In this document: positions 12,378-27,284 of the stretch, one piece after another
How positions within the stretch are numbered: the first letter of the stretch is position 1
Layout: each line of letters starts with the position of its first letter
Assembly (NCBI GenBank): GCA_951406725.2
Contig: OX597817.1
Span: 139,934,001 to 139,998,000 of the forward strand
Direction of reading: 5' to 3'
DNA: 64,000 bases
DNA from: Octopus vulgaris
Lineage: Eukaryota
Made by a program: the position numbers and the translations under genes
The notes under the pieces: model-generated
Seen by the model: the letters and a program-made list of their open reading frames with translations, nothing else
The model's database searches: none
What the model was told of the DNA's origin: nothing

Positions 12378-15300
12378 TATACACGGATACATACATATAA
12401 ACCTATACATATATATGTATATGCAAATATGTGTGTGTGTGCCTGTGTGTATACATGCAAACACACACACACCCTATAGCTGTCTGTCTCAACATTCTCC
12501 TTTTATTTATCTCCTACACAATTTCTTTCTTTTTTTTAAACTTTATCTTCTATTTTCATTTTTCTTCTCCCCATTTCCCTTATCTCTTCAGCCTTTTTCT
12601 ATGGCGATGCAAATCTTTTCTCTCTTTATCTTTTCACTCATCCGATGAGTTTCACTTCACTTTTCCTTCTCTACTTTTCCAATTCATAATTAATCTCAGC
12701 AGCAGATCCTCCTCTATGGCAGCCACTTATTCTATAAATCAAATTCTTCACTACATTCTCCGATGCGAATGCATTCATGTGGCAAGATTTAACGTGACGA
12801 AAACATTTAACACGAACCTACAATTTATAGTTAGCAAGAAGACAAATCTTCATTCAACCTCTTCTCATAAGTAATTTGTAGCGTAAGATATTTCTCTATT
12901 ATATGTGCGATGAGGCTTGACTTTCTCTGGAGAATCATGATATATTTCAGCTTCGAGACACTGTTGCTTTGCTAAAACGTTCAAATGCCACACATGATAA
13001 AATACTGTTTGCATGTCAACGGTGGTACATTTAGTTCCAAGTCTTGTATTTTCTCTCTGCCTTATTGTTTTTACTTACAGAATAACGAACGTCATTCTTC
13101 CATCTTGTTATCTGTGTTTGAATCGGTTCTTCGTCTTTCCTCTTCTACATGTGGTTGCTATTTTCACGGTCTCTCACCCAAACATTCACGAACAGTCCAC
13201 CATCGAGAGGCCATATCATCAATGAAAGGACACCCTTCCACTTTAATGTAATTACACATTACACTACTCTATAATATTTCAGACTAATACCAGAGAGGTT
13301 AAGTGATTGACAGAAATTCTTCTTTCTTTTCCTCAACAAGTTTTCCCCCCTCATGTCTCGTACTTATGATTCTTTCGTACCAATCTTTCTAGTCTGTCTT
13401 TACACCAGCTTCGTATATCTGTTTAGTCTCTGGCTCTGTACTCCTCTCTCTCTCTCTCTCTCTCTCACTCTCTCTCTCTCTTTATACATGAGTTTATCAA
13501 AATATTATTAATGTCTGACATATCCTCAGACCAGATCGCTAACCCTCAATAATAAAATACGCTGCAATCACACTGGTTATTTTACTTCTCCCACACCTAG
13601 TCTTTCCAAACCAATCGTTTATCTACCACAACGATAAGTAACGATAAATCCATTATTTTATCGTTACGCGACAGAAAGAACTGGTTATTTATTCTGTAAC
13701 AGTCAATGTCGAAGATATGAGATCAAGTCAGTGAAAATTGATCAGCTAATATCAGTATTTTGCATTATTGAACTGTATATTGATCTTATATTTGGTAACA
13801 TTTAGTTTGTATCATTCCTACATTTGGGAAAAGACATGAACATCACAATCAACCATTTTTTCACTCGTATTTTCATATAAGAAATTATTTCTAAAGAAAC
13901 GGTAAAGCATCGGATTAAAATGTCTTTCATTATTTAATTTATGGATATTTTGTCAAGAATTCCTCTTTGCAACGATAGTCTCGCGTTCAATTTCACTGTA
14001 TGGTTCTTTGGTCACGTGTCTTCTATCAAAGCCTCAAATGGACAAAAGCCTGTTGAATGACATCTGAGACACGGAAACCGGAAGCCTTTCGCAACACCAT
14101 TCCTCTTCTTAAGAGTTAGACTTCATCCATCCTTCAGCCTAACACCTCCCACCACCTGAATCTAGAATTCTTTAAGAGGAGACTACTGAGTTGAAAGCAT
14201 TCAAGCCAGCGGTCTGGTCTGAGGATATCTTTCTCCCTGCCTTTAACAGTCTCAGAAACTTCGAAAAGAGAACAGAAACAGCCATTACTTGTATGACTCA
14301 AGTCATAAGTTATGTGTTAAGTATTCAATGTTGAAATTAATTTCCTTTTCATTGAGGTCGATAATAGAAGAACCGGACATGAACTGCGCGTAAATTTCTG
14401 TCAATAAATCCCTCTCGTAAGAAAAGTATATTTTGTGCTTTGTCCAAAAGACTCCTCATACGACTGTTTAATTAAAGAAGCACCAGGGTGGCATAAAATT
14501 CATGGCAAACCAAGTCTATGAACCTGTTTTGCTCCTAACTGGAACCTATAATCTTAAATCTTGCAATATAGAACCTTCTAGCAAAATATACAGACAATTT
14601 AGAATAATAATTTATGAAGAAAGATAAACTCTAACTCTTCTTCATTAACAGGATTATTTTGACTATTAAATTGATAGGATTATCTCGTTTACAAACGCAT
14701 TGACGTGATTCTCTTGACTATTAAAGAGTATTACCTTTCTTGTTACTTCTTGAATTCAAGAGAGTTGATCATCAGCTGGTAGATACTCGACTGCAAAAAG
14801 TTAAGTCATCGACCCACTTTGTGTCATATTCTGAAACCTAGTCTTGGTTATTTCTCTAAAAAATGACTTGGTTCCCAGAAGTTAAACTAAGTTTGTATTC
14901 AGTGAATTATCAGTTTCCAAATCTCTTCTCGCCGACGTTCTGTTTTTAAATTTACATAAATGTTGGTTAAATCTCCATAAAAGTTTCACTTCATCAATTC
15001 TCAATAGTAGCTAACAGAAATTGATGATGTGCACATCAGATTGATTTCTTCCATTGTATTGATTTCTTAAAAGGAGACAATTTGGTAGAGAAAGGCTATG
15101 ATCGATTGAATCCACTTGGCTGGTGTTTATTTTATGACGTCGAGGATGAAAGAAAAATTCAATTCAGCCGAGATTTGAGCTGAGAACAAGACTAAAGACT
15201 TTTCTGACTGAATCAGTCTATTGTGTTCGTATAGAAAATATATTGTTAAATAAATGAAACTGGCTGATGTGGGCTTCAAGCCTTTACTGTCTGAATCACT

Positions 15301-16576
15301 TTATTGGTGGCAAGAGATGCATTATATTATAGTTTGTCTTTCATTTTTTCTCAGTTTTCAGACATGTGAGATTTCACCTTCCGTTTCCTTCTGACCAAGC
15401 AGAGATTCAAGTATTTAACTTTTTCATCATTAAATAATTTACTCCCTATTCTTACTTTTTCATTCATTATCGCATCTTTTACACAGTCCTACAATTTATC
15501 TAAGAGTCTCATTTGTCATTTCATTGCAAACCCATCGAGTGATTCTCGTACTTTACTTAGGATAGTGTTTTTTTTCGGTTAAAGCATTCCCCTTGTAAAG
15601 AATTTCAAACACAACATTATAACTATTTGGATTTTTTCATTTGTTCATCATAGCACTCATAATCCAGTTTCTGCTTTGTATTTGTAAACCGTTTGTTTTA
15701 TTTGATTAAAATTTCTTGAAGGAAGTTCTTACATTTTCCCATCAAGTGCACAGTCTTGTTCCTCCTCCGCTAACTCAGTTGCAATGCCATCCTTCTTTTA
15801 TGGAGATCTGTCAGAAACTTCCATGTTGAACATAATTAAACTTGCTTGATTCCAGACCCAACAACTGAAGTCAAATTGTAGAATGCTACGCTGCCAAACT
15901 TTATTTTCTGAAAACAAAAGATAAATTAATTTATGTTTAACATTCAAAATGCATGTAAAGCTAGTCTTTTGTTATTTCTAAATTCCCTTCATTAATAATG
16001 TACAAACAAATCTATTTGCTGGCGCTCTAATTATATTACTAATTGGCACGCTATCGTGAATTCATACACTGCTTATCAATCTGGTTTCCTTTTTCATATC
16101 ATCGAAACAATTATGATAATTTTAATCCCGTTTAGTAAGGATGCAACTTTAATATCATTTAGTAAAGATGCCAGCAACGTAAATCTCATAATGTCTAAAA
16201 TTTGAAACCAAGTTCAATATAGAAGCGGAATAAAACTGCTGATATTTATCGAAGAGAACTGCTGCTCTCATTGCACCATAATCTCAGTTCCTGTATTCAT
16301 CCAGATCTCGACACCTGAGGTAAAAGTTGTAAGTCGAAGCTGTTTGAAAATTCACCTGTTTAGAGCTCAAAAATGCATTCTTGGAAAAGTTTTCTTCACA
16401 ATACATGCTTCTGAATTATTACAATAGCTTTTATTTTCCAAAATATTAGGCTCGTTGCGAAAGTCTGTGAAATAACCCTTTTAGCCGCCAACTGTGTGTC
16501 TATATGAATTCGATCAAAACAAATGTGGTACAAAGTATTTTTATCGAAAACATCGACTGATCTGTTTTTATGTCTA

Positions 16577-17693
16577 TGTTACGGGTTTAACTAGTGCAGT
16601 GTTTCTGACCCACATCGTGGATATGGTTCCAGTATGTCTGGTGAAAATGTGACAGTCTTTTGTCTAATGGAGGACTAATGGGTTTTGGAATGACCTGTGA
16701 CCTCGTGCGGCTGATAAGAGGGTCAGTGGGAAAGTGTAAGAGAAAAAGGACAGATTAAGGGCTGAGAGCAAATAGAGATAGATTGTAAGAGAAAAGGGAC
16801 AGATAGAGAGGAAGAGTCTGGCAGGCGATAGCGATAGAGTAAGAGCAGAGGGCAAATAGAAAGGATAAGCAGTGAGGGACAGATTGAGGATATAGATAGG
16901 GTATAAGGACCAGGGCAGTTAGAGAGGGTGTGAGCGGTACAGAGGGAGTGGAAGAAAGGCAGGACAAGGAAGTGTGGTTCTAGCAGTTCGCAGTTGGTCG
17001 TCAAGAAGGGCAGTCGCTGGCCGGTCCTCGAAGAAGACAGACGGACCTTGGATTTAAGGAGCAAGCGTTGGAATTCTTAGGAGCAAGTTGGATGCGAGAA
17101 AGCTTGGCGGCACAGAAGGGAATTAGCAGTATTCAGAGGAATTAGCAGTATTGAGAGGAATGGGACACTGGCAGATTCAATTAGGAATTGAGGTATGTGT
17201 TTGTGCATTGATATGTGTCACGGTGTATTGAACAGTGAAAAGAACAGTCAAGGACTCTGTCGATGTGGTCGATAAAGGACATTGTGAAGAAGAAGAGTAA
17301 AGGACTTGTTGATTGTGATGTTTAGGAAGAGACTTTAAAGAACTGTTGTCTTGGGACGTGTACTCTTGAATTGTTACATGATGTTGTATTATGCTTTGAG
17401 TTGTACTCTTGAAATGCTGTTGTATTATGTATTGAGTAGTCACGTGCATGCTTTGATGTATCTTGATGTTGTAACAATTGTAATTGTCGTATAAACTGTT
17501 GTTTGAATATAAGCCAGTGTTGCCAGTTGTTGCCTTGCCTCTTTGGGTTGTATCTCGGGTTGTGCCTCTGTATCTCTGTGCTGTTGAGGTTGTGGCAGTA
17601 TCTATCTGTATCTCCTCTCTCCGCCTCTTTGGGTTCCGTGGCGGAACTTGTGTGAGCCATTCGGGACGGGCGACGACGGGTGATTCCGTAACA
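16577..17693. mobile_element. Solo LTR (1117 bp), probably Gypsy-type
   Basis: Termini TGTTACGG...CCGTAACA form an 8-bp inverted repeat with TG..CA ends. 4-bp TSD TCTA at 16573-16576 and 17694-17697. No coding motifs inside. Confidence 0.85.
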
Positions 17694-17729
17694 TCTATGC
17701 TTACATCATTCGCTGATATACTTCGGAAA

Positions 17730-17781
<52 letters not shown>

Positions 17782-18695
17782 AAGCACATTCACACACACA
17801 CACACAAACACAGAGAAATACACAAATACATATCTGTATGTATGTATGTATATTATATTCGCAGATATACGTCATGCGCACTTGCACAAGCACTGTATAC
17901 AATAATTTCATTATTATTATTATATAAGTCGACTCGTGTTACATGCAGTTTCAAATCGCTCAATGCCATACAAGGTGGATGAGATCATTTTCGTTAGTCA
18001 AGGCTAACTTTTATCGCTGAGCCTGTGAACTGGACCGCTGCTTGCGAACTGCTTCGTGTACAAAGACAGCAGCATCAGCTTCGTTTGTGTTAAAAGTATT
18101 CCGAGGAAAATATACAAAATCTTTTATATCAACTTTGGAGACGAGGGGATTGATTGCGGAAAAAAACTGAAAGAATTCATTCTCCTGATACTCGATCATT
18201 TTGGTTATAACTAAGCATTTTTTAAAATGTAGACTAATAATGATGAAGAGGAGTATTTCTGCTATAGAGTTTAAATCAGAACGAGCAAAATGAGAGGTAA
18301 GAAAGGAAATAACGAGCAGAAAAAGACAGCCAAAGAAAAAGTAGACGATGGAAAGGAATAAGTGAATAAATAAATATGAAAATAAATAAATTTTTTAAAG
18401 TTTTAGATGGAAATTCTGTATCTCTGCTTTTGTTGTTCAGACAAAATTAATACACTGCTTCATTTTGGATGGACTTAATCAGTTTCGTAGACGGAACTAA
18501 TCGGAATGTTAGTGGACACAGAATGCTTCCAATTTGGCGTCCAAATATACCTTTGATGTCAAAGAGTTTTACAGAATTAATCGGTTGTGCAGAAACCACA
18601 TTTTTATGCTATTTAATTTTCTTTCAAAAACCATTTATAGTTTACTGGTTTTATTATTTTCAGGTTCAAAATTTAAAACCAGCAAACTACATATG

Positions 18696-18925
18696 TTTTC
18701 TTATTACCCACAAGGGGCTAAACATACAGGGGACAAACAAAGACAGACAAACGAATTAAGTCGATTACAACGACCCCAGTGTGTAACTGGTACTTAATTT
18801 ATCGACCCCGAAAGGATGAAAGGCAAAGTCGACCGCGGCGGAATTTGAACTCAGAACGCAGCGGCGGACGAAATACCGCAAAGCATTTCGCCCGGCGTGC
18901 TAACGATTCTGCCAGCTCGCCGCCT
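18696..18925 (-). mobile_element. SINE family A
   Basis: Full-length match; direct repeat TACATATG at 18688-18695 and 18926-18933. Confidence 0.9.
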
Positions 18926-19237
18926 TACATATGGTAGTCGAAAGACAAAGTGTGAACTTGTTCACCAACGGGAGGATTGTTGAAAAATGTAAACCAAATA
19001 TAAACGACAGGAAATGTGAACAAGATGTACACCTAAGTCTTATAGGAATGGTCTCATTTGCTTTGTGCCATACTGAGCAATATTGAAATTGCCAGTAACG
19101 TGAGATGACGTTTCCTCAATGACTATGAACGTCTATGGATTAAGTTTAGCTCTATGTTTGTTAAACTGAGTGTCTTTGTCACGTGAAGTGAAACTTACTT
19201 TGGTCATTATATACATACATATTTATATAAATGTATA

Positions 19238-19342
<105 letters not shown>

Positions 19343-19434
19343 GTGTGCGTGTGTGTGCGCGCGTGTGTGTGCGCGCGTGCGTGTATGTATATATATATAT
19401 ATATATATATATAAGAGAACAAAGTGTACGTACG

Positions 19435-19497
<63 letters not shown>

Positions 19498-19858
19498 CAA
19501 AATGGGACAAGAACGCAAAACATCCAAATAGACGATACAAAAAACACGGACGGGTCATTCGAAGCCTTTAATCTTCAGTCAAGAACCGGATCATCCTCGC
19601 AATTTCGGCTGATTAATCTTGAGATTACTCCAATCTGGCCAGCCCCAAGGAATGTATACGATCCCCAAGGATCGTATACATACATACATACATACATACA
19701 TACATACATACATACATACATACATACATAAATACATACATGCATACAGGCATACATACATACATACATACATACATACATACATACATACATACATACA
19801 TGCATGCATGCATACATACATACATACATACATACATACATACATACATACATTTGTA

Positions 19859-21033
19859 CAAGGGGATACTCAAATGAAACCGGAATTTCTCTTAGTTTTA
19901 CATGTTTACACTTTTATCGCTTTCAAAATATTTTCCATTTGAAGCAATTCATCTGTCCTGACGCGTTTTCCACTGTTTGAAGCAATTCTGGAATTCTTGC
20001 GAAGCGATGCTTTTTAACGCCTCCGTCGTTTTTCTTTCACCACTTCCACATCTGCAAAAGAACTTTTTTCATTCAGGGGAACAAAATGTGTTGCAGGGAG
20101 CAAGATCGGGTGAATAGGGTAAACGGGGTCATACCATTTTTGGTCAAAAGCTGTCCCACATCACTTTGACGCAAGTCGGAGCGTTTTCGTCTTACCGTGT
20201 ATCACAAACGCTTCAGAACTTCCGACTAAAATGTCTGGTTAACAGTTTGAGCAGGAGGAACAAATTCTCTGTGGACAGTTCCTTTCGCATCGATGAAACA
20301 AATCAGTACCGTCTTGTCAATGGACTTCGCTTGACGCGCATTTTGTGGGGCGTGGTGACATCGAATGCTTCCGTTGACTTGATTGCTGTTTCGTTTCCGG
20401 GTCCTAGCGGTAGCACCAGCATTCGTCACCAGTGATGACCTTTGAATAAAGGTTCGGATCAACTTCCAACTATTCTTTCAGTTCACGACATACTTTCAGT
20501 CGTGACTACTTTCGTTCTTCCTTGAGCATGCGAGGCACAGGTTTGGCTGCAATTCTTTTCATTCGCAATTTATCAACCCAAAATTCGTTGGCAGGAGCTC
20601 CAGGACACACCAGTCATATCAACAAGTTCGTCAATTGTTCGGCGACGGTTCTCCAAGATCAGTCTTTGGATTTTCGTAACCATTCCTAAAGAGTGAAAAG
20701 CACTTGTAAACTTGTGTTTTGCTTACGACAGCCTTCCTGTAAGCTGTCTGAAGCATGACAGCTGTTTCGGCCGCCGTTTTCCTCGCCAGGAAACAGAATT
20801 TCATGGAAGCACGCTGTTCCTTCGTTTCAGCCATCGCAAAAATCGACGAACAGCAGAGAAGCACTGCTAAACAAAGAGACACCACGTGGCAGTACGACTC
20901 CACACGACGACGCTGGTCAGCATACTGATGCTTGAGAGCCGCATCAAGTGAGTTTTAGCGGAGGAAGCCTGCTGAACTACAACGAGCTTGTTCCACAGAG
21001 CGAACATTTTCGGTTACTTTTGGGTACCCCTCG
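19859..21033 (-). mobile_element. Mariner relic, same family as 9936-10984
   Basis: Both TIRs present; MAETKEQRASMKFCF N-terminus, ITGDE and YSPDLAPC motifs; frameshifted. Confidence 0.9.
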
Positions 21034-21049
21034 CATATATGTGTGTATG

Positions 21050-21098
<49 letters not shown>

Positions 21099-21136
21099 AT
21101 AATTCTCTAAATGAGATATAGACAGTGACTGCTCCG

Positions 21137-21396
21137 TAATATAAGGGATATTAGCCAACCGAATATGGCTAGGGACAGGGCAGGGTGGTGGGGGTGTCAC
21201 TGTTGCATTTAGCCCCAGGCGAACATCAACGTCACCAGATAGGCCTGACGCCATTCTATCTTGCAAAGGTGAGTGATCTCCCTTTGCAAGATAGAGGGCG
21301 CCGTGATGGAGCTATCTGTGACGTTGATGTTCGCCTGCTAAATGCAACAGTGACACCGCACCACCCTGCCCTGTCCTAAATTCGGTTGCATATCCT

Positions 21397-21403
<7 letters not shown>
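21137..21403. mobile_element. Palindromic MITE-like element
   Basis: About 125-bp imperfect inverted arms centred near 21273 (TCTATCTTGCAAAGG / CCTTTGCAAGATAGA), with TA-rich ends. A diverged half copy lies at about 21650-21785. Confidence 0.8.
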
Positions 21404-21438
<35 letters not shown>

Positions 21439-22149
21439 GACTAGGCCACTTGGTGTTTAAATTGGTGTTATTAAATTGATATCCAATTTTTTCACCCTTA
21501 TTTTGACTTCGAAATCAGTGACGGAAGTTACTAGAAAAACCCATAAATATTTGCAAACAGGGCTTCCTTTCATCGTAAACCGGTGATTACCGTACGTTGA
21601 CAAGAGGCAAATACCTTGAAACTGCAGTCCGTGCATATTACTTAGGTTTGCGATAGAGGGATGACCTCTCTTTGCAAATATCATAAGAGCACAGAAAGTG
21701 TGCCTAAAGCCAGCTGGAGACGATGATCTCCTGGGACTAAAAGCTACAGTAACACCCACCCTTAGTGGTTAGCCATATTGAGATGCGAGTAGCTAGATTT
21801 GGTCTTTCAAAATTCATTGAGTGACGCTGATTTTCTTTGCAGTAACAGCGCTCTTGTAAGAACGTGTGAGTCTCTGGTCATAATTTGTTTTGAAATCTAA
21901 TAAAACACAGAGATTAAATCTGTTTCAGTCCTGGCGATTTATAAAACAATGTCAGCTGTTGTTTATTACAGTCGAGCTGTATTATGTTTGCCAGAATTAA
22001 TTAACATTGATCTTAACTGCTACATATACACTTATAGATTATCTGTTTAGGATATGTTATCTTATGACTGTGATTTTGACGTAGGATGTTGCGGCGACAG
22101 GCCATTCAGAGAGTCACATGATAGAATACATCCTGTGACAACCTTTTTA

Positions 22150-23044
22150 CATGGTCTGATCAATAAATATCCGGAGTGCTTCCATAGTAATGAAAGGTAC
22201 AGCAGGCAGAGTAAAGTCGCTTGGCACGCATTGACCTTAAACTTTGTTGTGCATGCGCACTAAGTTTTAACGTTCTAGCTCACTTTAGTTGTTTACAGCA
22301 ATGCTTGGAAGAAAGGCGTGTAACGTGTGATTGTCGCATCGACCATAACAGAGAAAATTGAGCAAAGAATCTGCCTCAAATTTTGCCAAAAGCTTGGCGA
22401 TATCTGCTCAGGGGTCTACGCAAAGTTTTCAAAAATTTTCATCGTTCTCGACACAATCAAAGGAGATCTTGTACAACTGAAACCAGAGTGTCTTTTTGGT
22501 CAGCTGAAAGCAGTTTTGGCACAAACTTGGCAGACACATGTCTCATATCCAAATCTTCCGTGATAAGGGACTGAACTGAACCGTAGCTAATCTGCACATC
22601 CTCTGATAACTCACAGATGGTGATTCGACGATTTCTCCCTCACGGTTGCACGCATATCTGCGATAGCTTTCTCAGTTCTGCTGATTGCAGGTCTCCCAGA
22701 ACGTTCTTCAATATCGACATTTTTCGGCCATCTTGGAAATGTCTGAACCATTCGTACTCTTGTGTGTGGTTCAAACTCTCCTCTCCATACACTTTCTGCA
22801 ACTTTGCAAGGCCTCTGAGCAGGTATCGCCACGACAACTTTCTTTGTCATGGTCAATGCGACGATCACACGCTAAACACCTTCCTTCCAAGCACTGCTGT
22901 GAGCAGCGGAAGTAAGTAAGAACGTTAAAACTTAGCGCGCATGCACAGCCGCGTTCACGGTCAATTTTTGCCAAGCGGCTTTACTCTGCGTGCCTTAGTT
23001 TCGTTAGTATGGCAGCAGTCCGGATACTTATTGATCAGACTGCG
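22150..23044. mobile_element. Mariner-derived foldback made of two inverted 5' ends
   Basis: The same terminus sits at both ends with TA flanks. The + arm 22150-22435 encodes TEKIEQRICLKFCQKLG. The - arm encodes YEWFRHFQDGR...RSGRP...SAKFVPKLL. Confidence 0.85.
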
Positions 23045-23831
23045 TATGTCGTTGATACACAGACCTGAAAACATACGCACACATACACTCGCGCGCGCGC
23101 ATAAACATACATATACATAGAAATATAAGAGGATGGAACCTATATAACAATATACAGCCAATAAAAGCAACCCAGCTATGCATGGGTGAGAAGCCACCAT
23201 GTGTACTTGATCAAGATATTCCGTAACCCTTGCCGTCTTCTGCTTTCGTGTACTCAGCGTCCTGGTATTGAAAGGGATCAAACTGGAAAAAAAAACCCAT
23301 GATCACCCCAGGAGTCTGAGTGACTGAGAAAGAACTCATGCCTCCTGATTGTTCTTTAGTTCCTAAATATTCTGGCAACGTGCGTTTCTATAACTATTTA
23401 AACTATTTTGAACGTTGGTACTTCCAGTACAGAGACAGGTTTCTCTATGCAGGTTTTGTTGGCTTTTCATTCGGTTTCATATTTTCCTTGTTTTTTTTTT
23501 TCTTCTTTTTTTGTCGATTAATCCTTGCATCCCATGTTTATTCCGGTTATGGTCTGGGATGGGAATCCGTGGTCTTCGATTTTCAGCATTCAGCAATTTC
23601 TTCCGCTATTCTTGGAGCTGCAACCAATGATACTCTGCAAACTTAAGTTTCCTTGTTACTAATGCCTTGCGGTATTGCTTCCTTTCTCTGTTTCTCTGCT
23701 TTTCCAGTCACTTCTGATGGCTCTCACTTCCACTTGTGTAACAGCTGGTCTTTCTGCTCTGCGCTACTATTCTTATCGCTTTTATCATGTCCATACAAAT
23801 CAAAGCCGATAACTAGTAAATTGTTATCACT

Positions 23832-24230
23832 TCAACGCTTCCCACCAACCCGTACTGTAGGGTCGAGTTTGCTACTGGGCTCCTTTACTGCAACATTCCT
23901 GTTGTTCTGTTCTATGGAGTGGAGGACCAGGTTTATGTGCAAGTGCTTGGTCCCACCAGCTAGTTTTCCTTGTTTTCTTACCACCTCTTCAGTTTTGAAA
24001 ACAACTCTAAATTCATTTCTCCGGTCAGTATAGGAAACACGATTCCATACATCATTTAGGATTTCCTTCAACTCTTTTAGGGGCCATTGGAAAACCCCTT
24101 CTTCGTTTGAAAAACAGATAAATCTCTTTCCTTTATGTAGGCTCTTGGTAATTTCCCCAGGTAAGGTGGTACTTATTTTAGTGATGATGCGCCGCCACGC
24201 AATTGTTTTTCTACCGTAGCAAATAACAGC
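23832..24230 (-). mobile_element. Possible L1/Tx1-like ORF1 relic
   Basis: Open non-repetitive frame (...LKEILNDVWNRVSYTDRRNEFRVVFKTEE...) that loosely resembles an ORF1 RNA-binding region; no diagnostic motif. Confidence 0.25.
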
Positions 24231-24624
24231 AACAAATGTTGTTGTTGTTGTTGTTGTTGTTGTCAATGCTTTTATTTGTGCAAATTAATGTTTTTCACTT
24301 GCTAGAATAACGTTATTTTCTGTTTGTCTGAATGTATCTATTTATTCTAATAGTAACGCATTGTTATGTTCTTTCTTACTCGTTTCAAGAGTGTTCCTTG
24401 CTTTTCTTAATTTTCAAGGTATATTAAAATGAAATACAGATGCAATATAAATTAGTTACAGGTGTTTGTGTTTAGCGCATGTATTGTGTTAAGTATCCAC
24501 GTGCTCGGAAGGTTCCTCGTTGGCAAAAAATTCGAAAAAAAAAGAACATTTCATTCATTAAACTTGTCGAAAATACAATGCTTTAAAGGCAGAGAGAGAG
24601 AGAGAGAGAGTGAGAGAGAGAGAG

Positions 24625-24679
<55 letters not shown>

Positions 24680-24682
<3 letters not shown>

Positions 24683-24885
24683 TCTTTATTCACCATAAGG
24701 TTGAGAAAAAGAGGGGACGATACGGGGACAGGCAAAACAAACGTTGGGGTCAGGGTATCGAATGAGACGAAATGTATGAATAAACAAACAATTAAAATAT
24801 ATACAATTAAATGAGAATGAGTGATTAACAAAAGATGAAGCGGAGGGCGCGGTTGACCCCACAAACCACATACTCACACGGAAGA
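24680..24885 (-). mobile_element. Probable non-LTR element 3' end abutting (TC)n
   Basis: The minus strand has a pyrimidine-rich 3'UTR-like stretch ending GGTGAATAAAGAAAT directly before (TC)n. Confidence 0.35.
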
Positions 24886-25064
24886 CTTTGCTTTCTCCTT
24901 TTTTATATTCTCGTTTAAACAGGTTCTTTCACTCGCAACATACTTGCTATAGACTTCCATCTTTTACGAAAAACACTTTGCGACAGGCTTTTCTTCTCCA
25001 GCCTTATTTTCCGTTTCATGTGGAAAACGAAAAAAAATCGATTAACTCGAGAGAGAGAGAGAGA

Positions 25065-25142
<78 letters not shown>

Positions 25143-25452
25143 GCATGTGTTTAGCCACAACTGGCTCGCACAGGTATTTCGTTTCACAGATTCCCGTTTC
25201 ACTTCTGAATGGTAAAGTAGAAAAGTCTCCATTTCTTCGAGATAGAACACCAGTCTATCGCAGACAAATTTTCTCTCCTAGACTGACAGTTACCAAATCA
25301 TTTATCATTTTTTTTACATATGTACAACTATTTACACACCATAAATTATATATTTAAAACGAGTAATGGTGGACTCTCCTGTCGTAGACATTAGATGAGA
25401 GTTTCCGCGACTGAATAACCTGCAAAAATTATTTTGTTTATAATGATTAAGT

Positions 25453-25515
<63 letters not shown>

Positions 25516-25744
25516 ACACATCAGTAGCAGACAAAAAAGCATCTGCAGTTGTGAAATCTCTAAATGCCTGTTTCTGTTTCTTTGAGCATCATCAATAGGA
25601 AGAATTCTTTAGCAACCGCAAGTTAACACAAATTAAGCTTCCACTGATTTATAAAAAAACCAAAAAAAAAAACCCAAAAAAAAAAAAAACAAACAAACAG
25701 TGATTAACAAATTTCCAGGCTTTCTACGGTATATATTTGCATCT

Positions 25745-25976
25745 AAGGTGGTGAGCTGGCCGAAACGTTAGCACGCCGGGCGAAATGCGTAGCCGTATTC
25801 GTCTGCCGTTACGTTCTGAGTTCAAATTCCGCCGAGGTCGACTTTGCCTTTCTACCTTTCGGGGTCGATAAATTAAGTACCAGTTACGCACTGGGGTCGA
25901 TGTAATCGACTTAATCCGTTTGTCTGTCCTTGTTTGTCCCCTCTGTGTTTAGCTCCTTGTGGGTAGTAAAGAAATA
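25745..25976 (+). mobile_element. SINE family A with TSD
   Basis: TSD GGTATATATTTGCAT at 25728-25742 and 25977-25991. Confidence 0.95.
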
Positions 25977-27284
25977 GGTATATATTTGCATTTAGTATGA
26001 GATATGCATGGACTTTCCGGTCGCAGATGACCGAGGACGGTTCAGCAACTTCCTGCGGAATAAATTGTACGAATGATTTATTCATAACCATCAAATAATT
26101 GTGCTCTAATTGTCTGTAGAGGTGCACGGTGTTCCATCAGATGCCAAAGCAATCGCAGACAAACGTGAAATGTAGCATTTTGCACGTGCACACAATGCAC
26201 CACTCGGTCCAGGAATCGAAACCGTCATCTCGCGACTGTGAGTGCAATATCTCAACCACCAGTCAACGTAAACCCTTGGCAATCCCGCGATAAAAGGATA
26301 TCAAAGACATATGTAAAAGAAAATGATTGCTACCTAGAATAGAACGCTGATCGTCGATTCGGCCGATAAACATCTTATCTCTACGTTTTAGCGCTCATCT
26401 AGTTTCTGAATAAATAATCATTGATGACTCATTAGCGATTTTCTGATCGTTAATTCACTTTCCAAAGAAGGGCAACTGAATTATTAAAACTAAAGCAAAA
26501 CAAAAACCAAACGTTAACATTGTTAATTAGTCTAGAAACATCGAGGCCAGCCACGGTATCCTGTTGATAAAGATTCGCAGAGGACATTATAGCCTGATAA
26601 TTACTTATGACTAGTGATTTCATAGAAAACCATATTTTATGAGCGTCTAAATCATGCTTACTCATTTAAGATGAAAGCAGCGAAACCTATTTCAATGGAA
26701 AACGAAGAAAATTGGTTGATCAAATGTAATAGTGTGGCACTGACTGGAAACATTTCTGCCACACTCTCAATGAGTCTTCTGAGAATGAACAAGTTGTTTA
26801 CTTATTGCTTGTCGTCACTAACTGTCTGCCTCAACTTCCCTATTTCTATGGCGTTAATGGCGGTTTTGTTGAACAACTGAAAGGTCCTAATTACTCTTAA
26901 ACTAACTAAATATTAGTCTTGATAATAATATTGATATCAAGCTATTAAGTATCCGTTAACATTATGTTTCTTAATGTAATCACTAGCAAAACTTCATGTA
27001 ACAAGTTGTGTTCAAAATACATACTGTAACGTTTGGCTAACTCTTCTGTTTAACCATCATTGTAATGGAGATTTGTTCTTGAGATCTTTTTAAAACTTAA
27101 TTAATAAATGAGAATTTCACCTAGCCGAGTGAATAAAATAATTATATGTTGACTCAAGAATCTATAGTTAGTAATCCATCAATAAAACTGAAATGCTAGC
27201 GTTCGTTTTTTCTCTTAGAATGTATTTTATGAGTTAGAGAGAGTGCTCATGTCCTTCTTCTGTCTCGAGTCCTGAGACTCTTAG

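Noticed and set aside
15330-16320. Possible protease/integrase remnants on the minus strand
   Set aside because: Only vague fragments (NTGTE, PWSEG-like); too decayed to support a call.
17177-17927. 200-aa and 147-aa ORFs
   Set aside because: They lie in the low-complexity solo LTR and adjacent (CA)n; no protein motifs.
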